DNA of 64,000 nucleotides from Eledone cirrhosa (GCA_964016885.1 OZ024765.1:2170001-2234000), one strand, 5' to 3'. Shown: positions 12,696 to 28,710, numbered from the stretch's first letter. The notes: generated by a model not told the origin, from the letters alone. Program-made: numbers and translations.

Positions 12696-13120
12696 AGTGA
12701 TTTTTATTTTCGTTTTTATTGTTGTTTTGTGTATAGTCATAAAGTAAAGTAATCGGAATGTGTGTGTTTGTTGGGGAGGGGGTATTGTAATTGCACCTGG
12801 GGAATTCATTCAATAAAAAAGGGGCCCTTAATTCTAAAAAAGGTTGGGAAGTATTTGATATAACTAGGGCTATATTTATGTGTAAGGGCGGAGAGGATTA
12901 ATACAACAAAAGCGCACATTCGCCCCCTATGAAAAAAAAACGAAAAAAAAAACCAGACAGCCCTGTCTTTTGCTACTTTTTAAGACCAAGACCCCTTTGA
13001 TATTGATAGAAAAATGGGCCCAGTTCTTCAAAATTCGTTTTGTTTTAAGCATACACTGGAACTAGAATCCCGCTCTTTTTAAAAACATGTTTATAGTAAT
13101 TGGTGGAAGAATATATAGAG

Positions 13121-13430
13121 CAGGGGTGTGCAACATATTCCATTGGGGGGCCACTTTTGAACATTGGAACAACTATTAGGGCCATTCATATTTATTAAGC
13201 ACTATTCCAAAGATTCACCACAACTTCTTTCCATGGAACTGGGAAATTATAACACACATAACCCTATCAGTGAAGCCCTTTAGTATAGGTCAACTAACAG
13301 AAGTATTACGGTTACGAAGAAAATTCTAAATAAGCCTACAAGGTAAACATTAAGAACTATCATCGCGGGCCGCTCTGACTGGGCAGGCGGGCCGCATTGT
13401 GGCCCACGGGCCGCCTGTTGCACGCCCCTG
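13121..13430. mobile_element. hAT-type (Charlie-like) MITE
   Basis: TIRs CAGGGGTGTGCAAC / GTTGCACGCCCCTG; 8-bp TSD atatagag/gtgtagag. Confidence 0.8.
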
Positions 13431-13790
13431 GTGTAGAGGGTGGAAAAAAGTGAAAAGACGAACACAAAATCAACAGTTACAGTATAAAGTCACATGGTCT
13501 GTATCTATAATTTAAAGGGCCAGCTTTTGACATACAATCTCATGATGGATCTCCCTGAAATTTTCATTTAAGTGTACACGTGTTTGTGGACTACACAGCC
13601 ACAATATATATATATATGTGTATATATGTGTATGTATATATGTGTGTGTATGTATATACATGTATATATAAATATATAGAGAGAGGGTACCGTAAGTATG
13701 GAGCATTATAAAACATTACACATATTTGTGAATAAGTCCGTATATGGATTGATGTGTCCTATAATATACCAACACTAGTATATATGTTTT

Positions 13791-14990
<1,200 letters not shown>

Positions 14991-15254
14991 ATAAGAGGCA
15001 GCATTACATAAAACTATTTTTGGAAGTTGAATGAAATATGCAAAAAAGAAAAATGAACGATTTGAAATAGAATGATTACAAAAGACGTTAACTCCATTAA
15101 CTACTATAGTGGGCGCGAGAGGGCGCTGTAGTGAACGTTTGTGTTGGAGGCATCATCTGTTGTATCGGAAATTCTGTAATAGGGTTAAACAATAATAGGA
15201 AAACAACATGGACGCCGAAATATTATTTGGGTTTTGGTGAAATATATATCTATG

Positions 15255-15335
<81 letters not shown>

Positions 15336-15412
15336 ATATGTGTGTATATGTATATGTATATATATGTATATATATACATATATATATATATACATGTATA
15401 TGTATATATATG

Positions 15413-15443
<31 letters not shown>

Positions 15444-15456
15444 GTATATATATATG

Positions 15457-15487
<31 letters not shown>

Positions 15488-15530
15488 GTGTATATATGTA
15501 TATGTATATATATATGTATATATATATATG

Positions 15531-15570
<40 letters not shown>

Positions 15571-15665
15571 AATATGAATATATATAGCTGTATATAAATA
15601 TGTATATTTAGCTGTGTTGTGAGGGATGATGGGTATTCTGTGATGGTTGGTTATATATATATATT

Positions 15666-15735
<70 letters not shown>

Positions 15736-15790
15736 ATGTGTATATATATATATGTGTATGAATATATGTGAATATATATGTGTATGAATA

Positions 15791-15824
<34 letters not shown>

Positions 15825-15845
15825 CATGAATATATGCCTATGAAA

Positions 15846-15929
<84 letters not shown>

Positions 15930-15980
15930 ATGGATATATGTGTATATATATATGTGTGTTTTCATATATATATGTGTGTG

Positions 15981-16020
<40 letters not shown>

Positions 16021-16148
16021 AATATATGTGCATATATATATGTGTATATATATGTGTGTGTGTGTGTGTATGAATGTATGTGTGTGAATATATGTGTATG
16101 TATATATGTATATGTATATATGCATATATGTATATGTATATGTATATA

Positions 16149-16201
<53 letters not shown>

Positions 16202-16474
16202 GCATATTTGAAAAAAGGAAAGAATGACTTCACTTGTAGTTCTAAAACCATTTAACTTTATAATGTTATAATTTTAGAATTTAGATTTGTTGATGTAGTA
16301 AATTATTTGTTAACTTCGGTGGGAAGAGTTTAAAGAGGAGAACTTTCTCGCATTCGTCGGTGGCGATTGTCAAACTGAGATCAGGTTAACCAGGAATCTT
16401 TAAAATATCTCTCCACCGAAATTAACAAAGAACTTACTAGATCTAGACCTACTGGTCTTCTCTTATAATATGTT

Positions 16475-16505
16475 TACCCGGGCGAAGCCGGGTACCTCAG
16501 CTAGT
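16475..16505 (+). mobile_element. Possible Helitron-type 3' terminus
   Basis: tacccgggcgaagccgggta hairpin followed by CTAG-T. Confidence 0.4.
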
Positions 16506-16516
16506 CCTTAAATAAT

Positions 16517-16701
16517 TGTTTCCACTATTGGCACAAGGCCAGCAAATATCCCAGTGTATTACTGGTACTTTATTTTATTGACCCCCGTAAGGATGAAAGG
16601 CAAAGTTAGCCTCGGCAGGATTTGAACTCAGAATGGCAAGGGCCGTAACTCTATGCGTCAAAGCATGGCGTCCGACCCTCTACCGATACTGCCAATTCAC
16701 C
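16517..16701 (-). mobile_element. Full-length S1 SINE with TSD
   Basis: Boxes A and B on the minus strand; direct repeat gctagtccttaaataat at 16500-16516 and 16702-16718. Confidence 0.9.
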
Positions 16702-17045
16702 GCTAGTCCTTAAATAATATAAGCTAATCGGTAAAGCCTCGTGACTTCAGTATAAGAGGATAAACAGGATATAGCTGTTCTCTACATATCGATGGATATA
16801 TACATAACACAAACAAACGTATATACATACATACATACATACATACATACATACATACATACATACATACATACATACATACGTACGTACATATATACAT
16901 GCATACATACTTGCATCCATGATTACACACACATATATATATATGTATATATATGCATACAGATGTACATTCATACATAGGCAGGCATGTATATATATAT
17001 ATATATGACAAGTAAGTATGTTTTGAAACAGTGAGCAGGTTTGAA

Positions 17046-17210
17046 ATTAGAAAATAGTATAGCTTTCACCGTATTTTTGACTAAAGAAATTTTAGCCTGA
17101 TCATGGGGTGTAGAACCCTCATATAAATGGAAAAAGATGAGTCTAAACCCCATTATCAGGCTAAAATGTCTTTAGTCAAAAATACGGTGAAAGCTATACT
17201 ATTTTCTAAT
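17046..17210 (+). mobile_element. Fold-back element with hammerhead-like 3' half GAAAGCTA
   Basis: Arms 17046-17114 / 17142-17210; ends in (TA)n. Confidence 0.6.
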
Positions 17211-17280
17211 ATATATATATATATATATACATACATGCATATATACATACATGCATATATACATACATGCACACATTCAC

Positions 17281-17349
<69 letters not shown>

Positions 17350-17459
17350 TCGAATATATACATACTTATTTATTTATGTAATATAATATATATATATATA
17401 TATGTATGTATGTAATGTATGTATGAATATATATATTACATACATATTTATATATGTAG

Positions 17460-17501
<42 letters not shown>

Positions 17502-17899
17502 GATTATATATATATAATCATATATAAATCTGAGGTCGCCATTTTGTCTTAGCTGCGACATATTCACAAGGCGTTCGACAGAGACAAAAAGACGCCATTT
17601 TTGTTGAACATTGTTCAACGGGGATATTTTAATTTTCATTCGTTTATAGCAGGAGGAGAAAGAGGAGGATGAGGACGATGATGTGTAAGATGAGGGTGAG
17701 GATAAGGGGGAATAGTAAAACATTTAGACATTTCCTCTCCCCCTTCGCCCTCCACCAGCTCCGCCATCTTTTTGTTTGTTTTACTTTGGTTTGGTTTTTG
17801 CTTTCTAATCCGAGTCGAAAGTTTCTTTGTGCAATTGACGTAGTGGAAATTTCGTTATTAAACTCTGCTAAATTGATTTGTGACGGTGTGGGATTCTAC

Positions 17900-17942
<43 letters not shown>

Positions 17943-18303
17943 GGGGAACACACACACACACACACACACACACTTATATATATGTATATATATAGAGAGT
18001 GATAGAGATGGAGGGAGAGGGAGAGAGAAAGAGGAGGGGGAATACACACAGACACACACATATATATAGTGAGAGAGATAGAGTATCAGTGATAGAGATA
18101 AAGAGAAAGAGCTAGAGAGAGAGAGAGAGAGATAGATAGAGAGAGAGAGATGATGTTGTTTTAGTGTGTGGAATTGAACTGATGTGAAACAGTGGGAGAG
18201 AAAGACAGATATATAGAGAGAGAGGGATAGCTACAGAGAAAGAAAGATAAAGATAAAGAGAGAGTGATAGAGAGGCAGAAATGATATGTTTAGTGTGTGT
18301 ATG

Positions 18304-18396
<93 letters not shown>

Positions 18397-18444
18397 TAGA
18401 GAGATTCAACTGGGGTGAAAGAGGGAGTGGATACAGACAATGAT

Positions 18445-19115
18445 AGATATATTTCTTTATTTGCCACAGGGGCACAAAAGATGGGGACAAATACAAATAC
18501 AAATGAGGAGTTTACATACAAGCGTATACAAATAGAACTAATAAATAAATAACAAATAACAATTGAAATCCCCAATAGGGGGGGGGGGGGGGGGGGCATT
18601 ACACATGGGTTGTACACTCCCCGAAAAAATGTACAACCCTCACCCCCAGGAGCACGAAGAGCGAGCGCTCCTTTCCTCTCTTCCTCTTTTTCCTCAACCT
18701 ACAGGTTTATATAGAGAGAAGGCCCAACCACTCGGGCTATCCTTGCCACATTCACCCACCTTTTGTAAAATGCGCTGGGGTGCAGCACCTCTCTCTCTCC
18801 ACTCTCATTCTTCTGCTAAAGTGATATTTGAAGAAGCGAACCAGTTGTTCGCCGGTGAGAAAAGTGTCTGATCCAGGGCCGACTTAACGGATGGGCGCCG
18901 CTGGGTAGTTGCCCGGGGGCCCCACGAGGATAGGGGCCCATTTGTATTTTTATTCCTGTAGGTAGGGGCCCCAGTGCTATGCTTTGCCCGGGGGCCTATG
19001 ATGCTGTTAAGCCGGCCCTGGTCTAACCTCAGCCCTTTCAGCCTTGTCCACCATATAGCCTCTTTCACCGTAGCCATTACACAGAGGAAAACCGCCTCCC
19101 CTTCGTCTTTACTTT
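18445..19115 (-). mobile_element. Tx1/L1-clade LINE 3' fragment (ORF2 C-terminus + 3' UTR), interrupted by a MITE
   Basis: VFLCVMATVKEAIWWTRLKGLRLD|TFLTGEQLVRFFKYHF...AFYKRWVNVARI reads through once the MITE is removed (one later frameshift); AATAAA at the end; same 3' end at ~5025-5060. Confidence 0.7.
18874..19020. mobile_element. hAT-type MITE (147 bp)
   Basis: TIRs CAGGGCCGACTTAAC / GTTAAGCCGGCCCTG; 8-bp TSD gtctgatc/gtctaacc. Confidence 0.8.
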
Positions 19116-19144
19116 ATATAGATAGATAGATATGATGTTGTTTT

Positions 19145-19177
<33 letters not shown>

Positions 19178-20040
19178 TGCTACGTGCTTGTATGTGTGTG
19201 TATGTATGAATGCATGTGTGTACATGTGCTTCTGTGTGTGTGTGTGTGTATCTGCTACGTGCTTGTGTGTGTGTGTATGAATGCATGTGTGTACATGTGC
19301 TTCTGTGTGTGTGTGTGTGTATCTGCTACGTGCTTGTGTGTGTGTGTATGTATGAATGCATGTGTGTACATGTGCTTCTGTCTGTGTGTGTGTGTGTATC
19401 TGCTACGTGCTTGTGTGTGTATGTATGAATGCATGTGTGTACATGTGCTTCTGTGTGTGTGTGTATCTGCTACGTGCTTGTGTGTGTGTGTATGTATGAA
19501 TGCATGTGTGTCCATGTGCTTGTGTGTGTGTGTGTGTGTTTGTATGAATGCATGTGTGTGCTTGTGTGAGTGTGTGTAAGCATAAGTATGTGCGTGTGTG
19601 CTTGTGTGAGTGTGTGTACGCATATGTATGTGCATGTGCGCGTCTGTGTATCTGCTACGTGCGCGTGTGAGTGTGTGTATGTGCATGTGCGCACGTGTGT
19701 GTGTGTGTGCGACTGCTGGGTGCTTGTGTGAGTGTATATATATATGTATGTGTATGTGCATGTGTCCTTGTGTGAGTGAGTGTAAGCATGTGTGTGTAAG
19801 CATGTCTGTGTGTGTATGTGTGTGTGTATAGAAATGAAACATTTAAAATGTCAGATGAATCTTGAACGCTTTTGTATTTGTTTCTACGTAAATCTTGGTA
19901 AATTTCACGGGGGCCGCTTGTAACAATATATAACAACAACAACAACAACAACAACAACAGCAATAACAAGTGGACAAGGATACCATGCAAAATATCCGAC
20001 AATTTAATCGTAAAAGAAAAGTCGTGATAAAAATAATAAT

Positions 20041-20165
20041 AATTGTTTCTACTTTCGGCACAAGGCCAGCAATTATCCCAGTGTATTACTGGTACTTTAT
20101 TTTATTGACCCTGTAAGGATGAAAGGCAAAGTTAACCTCGGCGGGATTTGAACTCAAATCGTAAA
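20041..20165 (-). mobile_element. S1 SINE, 5'-truncated
   Basis: Same core and box B. Confidence 0.85.
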
Positions 20166-20328
20166 GGCAAATGATGATATATATACAGGGTGTTCCCCCA
20201 AAAATGTATACACTATTTTAATAAATAGTGTCTGTACAAGTAATATGAGTGTGTATATATTAATGCGCATAATAAAATACATGGAACTCTTTTAACCATC
20301 TTTTGATCTTATATTATTTATACTCCAG

Positions 20329-20516
20329 AGGGCGGTGAATTGGCAGTATCGGTAGAGGGTCTGACGCCATGCTTTGCAGGATAGAGTTACGGTCCTTTCC
20401 ATTCTGAGTTCAAATCCCGCCGAGGTTAACTTTGCCTTTCATCCTTACGGGGTCGATAAAATAAAGTACCAGTAATGCACTGGGTAATTGCTGGCCTTGT
20501 GCCGAAAGTAGAAACA
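20329..20516 (+). mobile_element. Full-length S1 SINE with 16-bp TSD
   Basis: Box A tggcagtatcgg, box B gagttcaaatcc; TSD attatttatactccag at 20313-20328 and 20517-20532. Confidence 0.9.
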
Positions 20517-20607
20517 ATTATTTATACTCCAGTCCTATAAACTGTGGAGTGCTTCTTATCCGATATTTGCATTGTTTTATTGTGCTACAATAAAACTCAC
20601 CTCCTAC

Positions 20608-20664
<57 letters not shown>

Positions 20665-20742
20665 GTATTTCCGTACAAAAGGTAAAGGAAAGTAGAGTGT
20701 TCTATGTATTGTACAGAGCTATTTAATTACTACTACGTAATT

Positions 20743-20787
<45 letters not shown>

Positions 20788-20969
20788 ATATACGTATATA
20801 TCTACGTGCTCTGATGTGTTGGCCAGTGGTAAACAATGTATTGGAGATCGATTGACGCAACCTCAAGCGATTAGCGAACTCTGGACTCCCCTGATCAACG
20901 AAACAATTGTCAGTACTTTAAATAAAGCCCTCATTGTACAGCCAACCATGTTACTCTTCTTTCTTTAAC

Positions 20970-21046
<77 letters not shown>

Positions 21047-21079
21047 GTGTATATATATATATATATATATGTATATGTT

Positions 21080-21123
<44 letters not shown>

Positions 21124-21226
21124 TGTGTGTGTATGTGTGTGCGTCTACATATATCTATATACACATACATATATATATACATAGATATATACATATATTC
21201 ACTAAGTCACCTATACTATATGAAGA

Positions 21227-21267
<41 letters not shown>

Positions 21268-22401
21268 ATGTGTGTGTGTTTAGTGGTCCACTATATAAAT
21301 CAGTGCAAATGGCGGCAATTAAGAAGGCAAACGGTATGAAATGAGACGCTGGTGGGTGGTGGTGTCGGTTTAACATATGTAGTCCCACTAATATCCCTGT
21401 AGGAGGTTTACAGGATAATTACTTGGGCAAAATTGTTCAATTACTCGGCGTATTATTACATTTGCTGTGTTTATTACGGCTTTTTATGACCGCATTGTGT
21501 CATTCAAACTGTCACACTTCCTACACACACACGTCCACCCCCTCAGTCTCTCTTTCCCTCCTTACCAACCCTACGGTATCTCTCGTCTCTTTGCTCCCTT
21601 TCCCCCACCCCATCTCTCGCTCTCGCTCCCTCATTGTAGCTCTCTCACTCTTTCTCGCTCTCTCTTTTGCTCTTTCTAGCTCTTTCTCGTTCTTTCACGT
21701 TCTCTCTCGTTCTTTCTCGTTCGCTCTCGCTCTTTCTCGTTAGCTCTCGTTCTTTCTCGTTCTCTCTCGTTCTTTCTCGTTCGCTCTCGCTCTTTCTCGT
21801 TAGCTCTCGCTCTTTCTCGTTAGCTCTCGCTCTTTCTCGTTCGCCCTCGCTCTTTCTCGTTCGCCCTCGCTCTTTCTCATTCTCTCTCGTTCTTTCTCGT
21901 TCACTCTCGCTCTTTCTCATTCTCTCTCGTTCTTTCTCGTTCACTCTCTCTCTTTCTCGTTCACTCTCTCTCTTTTACGTTCTCTCTCGTTCTTTCTCGT
22001 TCACTCTCGTTCTTTCTCATTCTCTCTCGCTCTTTCTCGTTCACTCTGTCTTTCTCGTTCACTCTCGCTCTTTCTCATTCTCTCTCGCTCTTTCTCGTTC
22101 ACTCTGTCTTTCTCGTTCTCTCTCGCTCTTTCTCGTCCTCTCTCTCTCGCTCTCTCTGTTTCTCGCTTTTTCTCTCTCGCTTTCTTTCGTTCACTCTCTC
22201 GCTCTTTTTCACTGTTTCTCGTTCTCTCTCTGCTTCCCCCCCCTCTCTCTCTTCTGCCTCCACCTCTCTCTCTTACACTCAAACTCCCCCACTCAATCAA
22301 GTCATCACTCCACCTCACCCCCGACCCACCTCAAAACTAATCTACCAGGACCTTAATTAAATCGTGAGGAAATTCACAAAAGCAACGAATTAGATCGGAC
22401 G

Positions 22402-22451
<50 letters not shown>

Positions 22452-22507
22452 CATTACTACTACCATTACTACTACTAATACTACAGCTACTACTACTACA
22501 ACCACTG

Positions 22508-22548
<41 letters not shown>

Positions 22549-22597
22549 GCTACTATTACTGCTACTACTACTACTACTACTTCTACTATTACTGCTG

Positions 22598-22638
<41 letters not shown>

Positions 22639-22896
22639 GCCACCGCTACTACTACTGCCACCGCTACTACTACTACTACTACTACTACTACTGTTGAATA
22701 GACTGTTCTTGAAATGATCATGCATGTGGCTGAGTATTCCACATACATGTGTATATACAGACAAGTAAGGTGAATCCCGAGTTAAATCAGTGTGAGACCG
22801 TGTGTTAATACTTAGTTCAATCCACCCCTTACAACATAATTATCTCTGGGTGTATCTACAGACAAGTAAGGTGAATCGTATGTTGAATCACTGTAT

Positions 22897-23120
22897 GAAG
22901 GCACATGACTTAGTGGTTAGAGCATTGGGCTTGCAATCGAAAGGTTGTGAGTTCAATTCTCGGACCGGGTGATGTGTTGTTTCCTTGAGCAAGACACTTT
23001 ATTTCACATTGCTCCATTTTACTCAGCTGTAGAAATGAGATGATAGGACTGGGGTCCATATCATTAAATCACCCAAGACACCTCCAACGAGATATACCTT
23101 GGAGGAGGCCAGCTAAACCA
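22897..23120 (+). mobile_element. CORE-like SINE (S2) inserted in a ~100-bp tandem repeat
   Basis: Near-identical to 10931-11165. Confidence 0.85.
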
Positions 23121-23988
23121 GCTAAAACTGTGTGAATACCTGGTACAATCCACCCTTTACAACAGAATTATCTCTGGGTATATCTACAGACAAGTGAGGT
23201 GAATCCCATTTGAATCGGTGTGAGAGTGTTGCGTACCTGGTACAATCCACCCTTTACAACAGGATTATCTCTGGAGCTGGCAACATCAACAACAACAACA
23301 CCTCCACAACCAACAACACCTCCACAACCAACAACACCTCCACAACCAACAACATCACCATCACGAACATTAGTACAAACAGCCTCACCAACACCCACAC
23401 ACACACACCAATACCTACAACAACACTATTACCTTGGTGATTTTGATGGTGAAGGTGGTGATGGTTGTGGTGGTGATGTTGGTGATGGTGGTGTAGTGGT
23501 GATAGTAGTCATAGTGGTGATGGTGGTGATGGCTGTTTCGATGGTTAAGGTGGAGATGGTAGTGCTGACGGTTGTGGTGATGGTGATGGTTATGGTGGTA
23601 GTGATGGTTGATTTGATGGTTAAGATGGGGATGGTAGTGGTGATGTTGATGGTTAAGGTGGAGATGGTAGTGCTGATGGTTGTTTTGATGGTTAAGGTGG
23701 AGATGGTGGTAGTGATGGTTAAGGTGGAGATGGTGGTGGTGATGGCTGTTTTGATGGCGATGAACTGAATCTGCGCTGACAGCTCTAGTTGTTACTAAAG
23801 CAGGCATCAATTACCTCCCCCTACCTATCCACTCTCCCAGCCTGAAGCTACGACAGCAATTAGCGGGATATTTTCAATATGGTATTATACTATTATATGG
23901 CTTAGTTGGTCTCAATTACCTCCCCTGTCGCTCTAGCTCTCCCCAATTCTTCACAGATTCTACAGTGTGTCACTGCCTGTCTGTTTAA

Positions 23989-24064
<76 letters not shown>

Positions 24065-24147
24065 CATATGTATACACACATACATTTATACATATGAATA
24101 CATACATACATTTATGCATACATATATAGGTACACATATTTACGTAC

Positions 24148-24201
<54 letters not shown>

Positions 24202-24371
24202 TGTATATATATATATATACACGCATGCACATATAAACATTCATACATATATACATATATGTATGCATACATACATACTACACACATACATTCACACATA
24301 TAGGTACAGTCATAGATACATACATATGTGTGTGTGTATCTCTTTATATATACACACACACATATATACTG

Positions 24372-24408
<37 letters not shown>

Positions 24409-24882
24409 ATAGCTGGGCTTGAATGTTGATTTTATTGTCACTAAAACTCTCTCCCAATCTCTCTCCTCTTCTCACCCAATATCCCTTTCAATTTATCTCC
24501 TCTCTCTCAATCTATATCTCTCTCTCTCAATATATTTTCCGCCTCTCTCTTTCTCAATCTCTCACCCTCTCTCTTTCTCAATCTCTCAATCTCTCACCCC
24601 CCTCTCTCTCTCTCTCAAACTATCTCTCTCTCTTCTCTCCCCTCTCTCTCAATCTCTCACCATCTCTCTCTCTCTCTGACTCTCTCTCTCTCTCTCAATA
24701 TATTTTCCTCCTCTCTCTCTCTCAAACTCTCTCTCTCTCTTCTCTCCCCTCTCTCTCAATCTCTCACCCTCTCTCTCTCTCTCTCATGACTCTCTCTCTC
24801 TCTCAATATATTTTCCTCCTCTCTCTTTCTCAATCTCTCTCTCTCTCAAACTCTCTCTTCTCTCCCCTCTCTCTCAATCTCT

Positions 24883-24918
<36 letters not shown>

Positions 24919-25242
24919 ATCTTTTCCTCCTCTCTCTCAACCAGTCTCTGTTTCTTTTTCTCTCAATATCTCTCTCTATCAGTTCCTCGAAATCCCTCTC
25001 TCTGTCAAAGGCTGCCAGTCTCTCACCCCCCATCCCACAGTTAAAAGCCCAGTAGACAAGTGAAGGGGTGTAAGGGATGAATTATCAACCACCCCACCTC
25101 TCTACCATTTCAGCCCCACCCCACCGACGTTGCAGAAATCGAAGAGATGTTTACCCACCTGTCAGTCAACGACCGCAGATAAATAGGTGGGGGTGGGGGT
25201 AGAATTGCAAAGGATTGACTACAAACACCACCACCACTACTT

Positions 25243-25300
<58 letters not shown>

Positions 25301-25330
25301 CACCACCACTACTACCACTACTACTACTAC

Positions 25331-25366
<36 letters not shown>

Positions 25367-25453
25367 ACGTAGCGCTGCTGCTGTTGCTACAACTGCTACT
25401 ACTACTATTACCTCTACTACTTATACTACCACTACTACTCCCACCACCACTAA

Positions 25454-25485
<32 letters not shown>

Positions 25486-25731
25486 ATGATGCTGCTGTAA
25501 CACTAATTATCTATCTGTCTGTCTGTCTGTCTATATTAACCACATAAACATCCTTGCTCTCTTCGTATATATATATATATACATATATATATATACAAAT
25601 ATATATATATACATACATACACACACATATATATATATATATATTCACACATACACACATATAAATATATACATACAGACAAATATATATATGTATATAT
25701 ATATATATTCACACAGACACACACACACACA

Positions 25732-25805
<74 letters not shown>

Positions 25806-26307
25806 ATATATATTATCCTTCATACATTTGTTCAGATCTCAATTTATACACCCGTCCACCCAACTACCCATTAGGCACCCACCACTACACCACCCCTCCA
25901 TAAACCACCATCAAATCCGTCCGTCCGTCCGGCTTATCTATCTAATTCTTCAGCCAGTTCAGTGGAAGAACCAGCTGCCAATAGCTATGTCTACACTATT
26001 ACCAAAGTCAGGAATCCATTTTGTTTGGTGAATCATCGACCGACATTGCATCTTGGTCGTTCTTCTCTACTGGTTTCCGCTTCCGGTCAAAGTGTTTCAT
26101 TGCTGTTAAGACCAGGCAGCTGATTCTTTACTTCAATGAGACTCTCTTACAAGAGAACTACTGGCACCACGTATATATATTTGTATATATATTTATGTAT
26201 GTGTATATATATATGTATGTATATATAAATAAACACACACCCATATTCATTAACAGACAAGTACACCCACACATATGTATATATATATACAAACAGACAT
26301 ATATACA

Positions 26308-26392
<85 letters not shown>

Positions 26393-26536
26393 ATAAATAT
26401 GTACACACACACATATATATATATATTCATACACACACACGTGTATACACAAACACAGGGACGCATAAAAGCAGTATGACCTATTCGTCATTGCAAAGAA
26501 TGTTAACTTATATCTGTGTATGCATATATATATTTA

Positions 26537-26620
<84 letters not shown>

Positions 26621-27337
26621 CATATATATATATGTATGTGTATATATATATGTGATGTATGTTCGTATATATATATATATATATATATATAAGAGAGAGA
26701 GAGAGAGAAAACCCGAGTTAAATCGGAGGTAACCACAGTAGATAAGGTACTCAAAATTGATGATTCCAGGCGAATGAAACAGATCTAGTTCTGTAGAAGC
26801 CGTTTCTCTCTCTCTCTCTCTATATATATATATAATATATATAATATATATATATATGTATATATATGTATATATATATATTATATATATATATATATAT
26901 ATTATATACATACATATATACACACACACATATATATATAGTCTGCATATATGTATATATATAGTTATAGAAATATGTATACATATATATACTTAAATAC
27001 TTAAATTTATACTTATGATGCAATATAATAATGTATGTATGTATGTATGTATGTATGTATGTATGGCATCTCTTTCTCTTAATTTCGAGTATATTTTTTT
27101 GACCGGCCACCTTCCTGGTGGCAAGGTTGTAAAAGAAAAGAAATTGTCATCCCTTGAATCGCAAATTTTGCAAATTTTGAAGGTGCCAGCTATCGCAGCC
27201 ATTTGTAGACTATGAATTAGGGAGCTGCGCTATGTATGTATGTATGTATGTATGTATGTATGTATGTATGTATGTATGTATGTATGTATGTATGTATGTC
27301 AGGTCACCAGTTGGTGCTACTGGTAACATGTATCCCA

Positions 27338-27907
27338 GTACAACCTGTTCCATGGTCGGGTCGTTGGCGACTAAACTGGCAACCCCACCAAGGTTTCTTG
27401 GTGAGGAGGGTGACTTTGGACATCCTGCAGGACTAAAAACAAAACCTGTCAAAGGGCAAAGGAGCTCTTTAGAGTCAATGGCTATCCAAAATCACTGGGA
27501 GAGATGACCCCTTAGCCTTTGTCAAGGCAGAATTCTAGGAGAAGGAAAACTCTGATATAACATCTGCAACCCTGATGGTATCCAATGATGTTGACTTGTT
27601 CTTCTTTTTGGTAAATATTATCTTGGTTAAGAGAGTGGGACTGGCTTTGTGCAGTGCCTTTGCTCACTATAAAAGCTTCACGGCACAGGCATTGCTTTAT
27701 ATCTGGAGATCTCTCTGCACTTGTCATCACATGGTACCATGGGCCCAGCACTATGTGTCAATAATTGTCACAGGTGTAGTGTTTGTACCAGAGTTTTCAA
27801 GTCGCTGGCTGGACTAAAAAGTCACACTCGTTCAGCGCATTGGTAGGGGTTCTCCTACATGGATATAAAGTAGTGGCCGTACTCGAAAACGAGTTGGCAG
27901 CCACCAT
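27338..27907 (+). mobile_element. ~570-bp dispersed repeat, probable RTE-derived 5' region / non-autonomous retroelement
   Basis: Highly similar copy at 56589-57154; contains ctaggagaaggaaaactctgat, recalled as RTE 5'-UTR-like. Confidence 0.6.
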
Positions 27908-28194
27908 GTATGTAAGAACATGCGTATGATATATTTTTATGCAGACAGAATTAAAATAGATTCTACCTTTCTTAACAAGGCTGCATATGACATTGGTTCG
28001 GACACAAATAAACATTTTACAATATCTAAAATGTATATTGCTGTCCATAAAAAGTGTACCAGCGCTGTGAGTCTATCCCCTCACAGTAGCCTCACATCCT
28101 TGGTGCACGAGTGTACAAACCAGTTGGCGAAACTGCGGTCGGGACTTTGGAGAACATCTAGGTATATTTTGTCTATTCTTTTCTAATATGTATA

Positions 28195-28264
<70 letters not shown>

Positions 28265-28442
28265 TTTACATATATATATATACATATATATACATATACG
28301 TGTTTTGCAACTGGTCACTTTGTGGCTCAATGAAAAATTAATAAATTAAATAATCACAGCTATATATCATAAAACATGTCTATGCTAATTGGGAGAGGAA
28401 ATAGTTATATATTTTATCTTGTGATTCTATAGACATGTTTTA

Positions 28443-28497
<55 letters not shown>

Positions 28498-28671
28498 TTT
28501 CAAAATATGCCGTTAAGGGTGAAAGCACCGATTCTTTGCTTCAACTGTAATCCTGTAATCTGTTATTTTAATAAACATTTGCTCCATGGTTTTATATATT
28601 TTGATATATATTTATATATATTATCCTTATCGTGCCCTCTTCGGATTTTAATCTTCACATTTATTATAACT

Positions 28672-28708
<37 letters not shown>

Positions 28709-28710
<2 letters not shown>

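Noticed and set aside
27945-28161. Plus-strand exon
   Set aside because: Weak donor, no recognisable product, and it includes a PLE-like ggcGAAActgcggTC motif, so it is more likely repeat-derived
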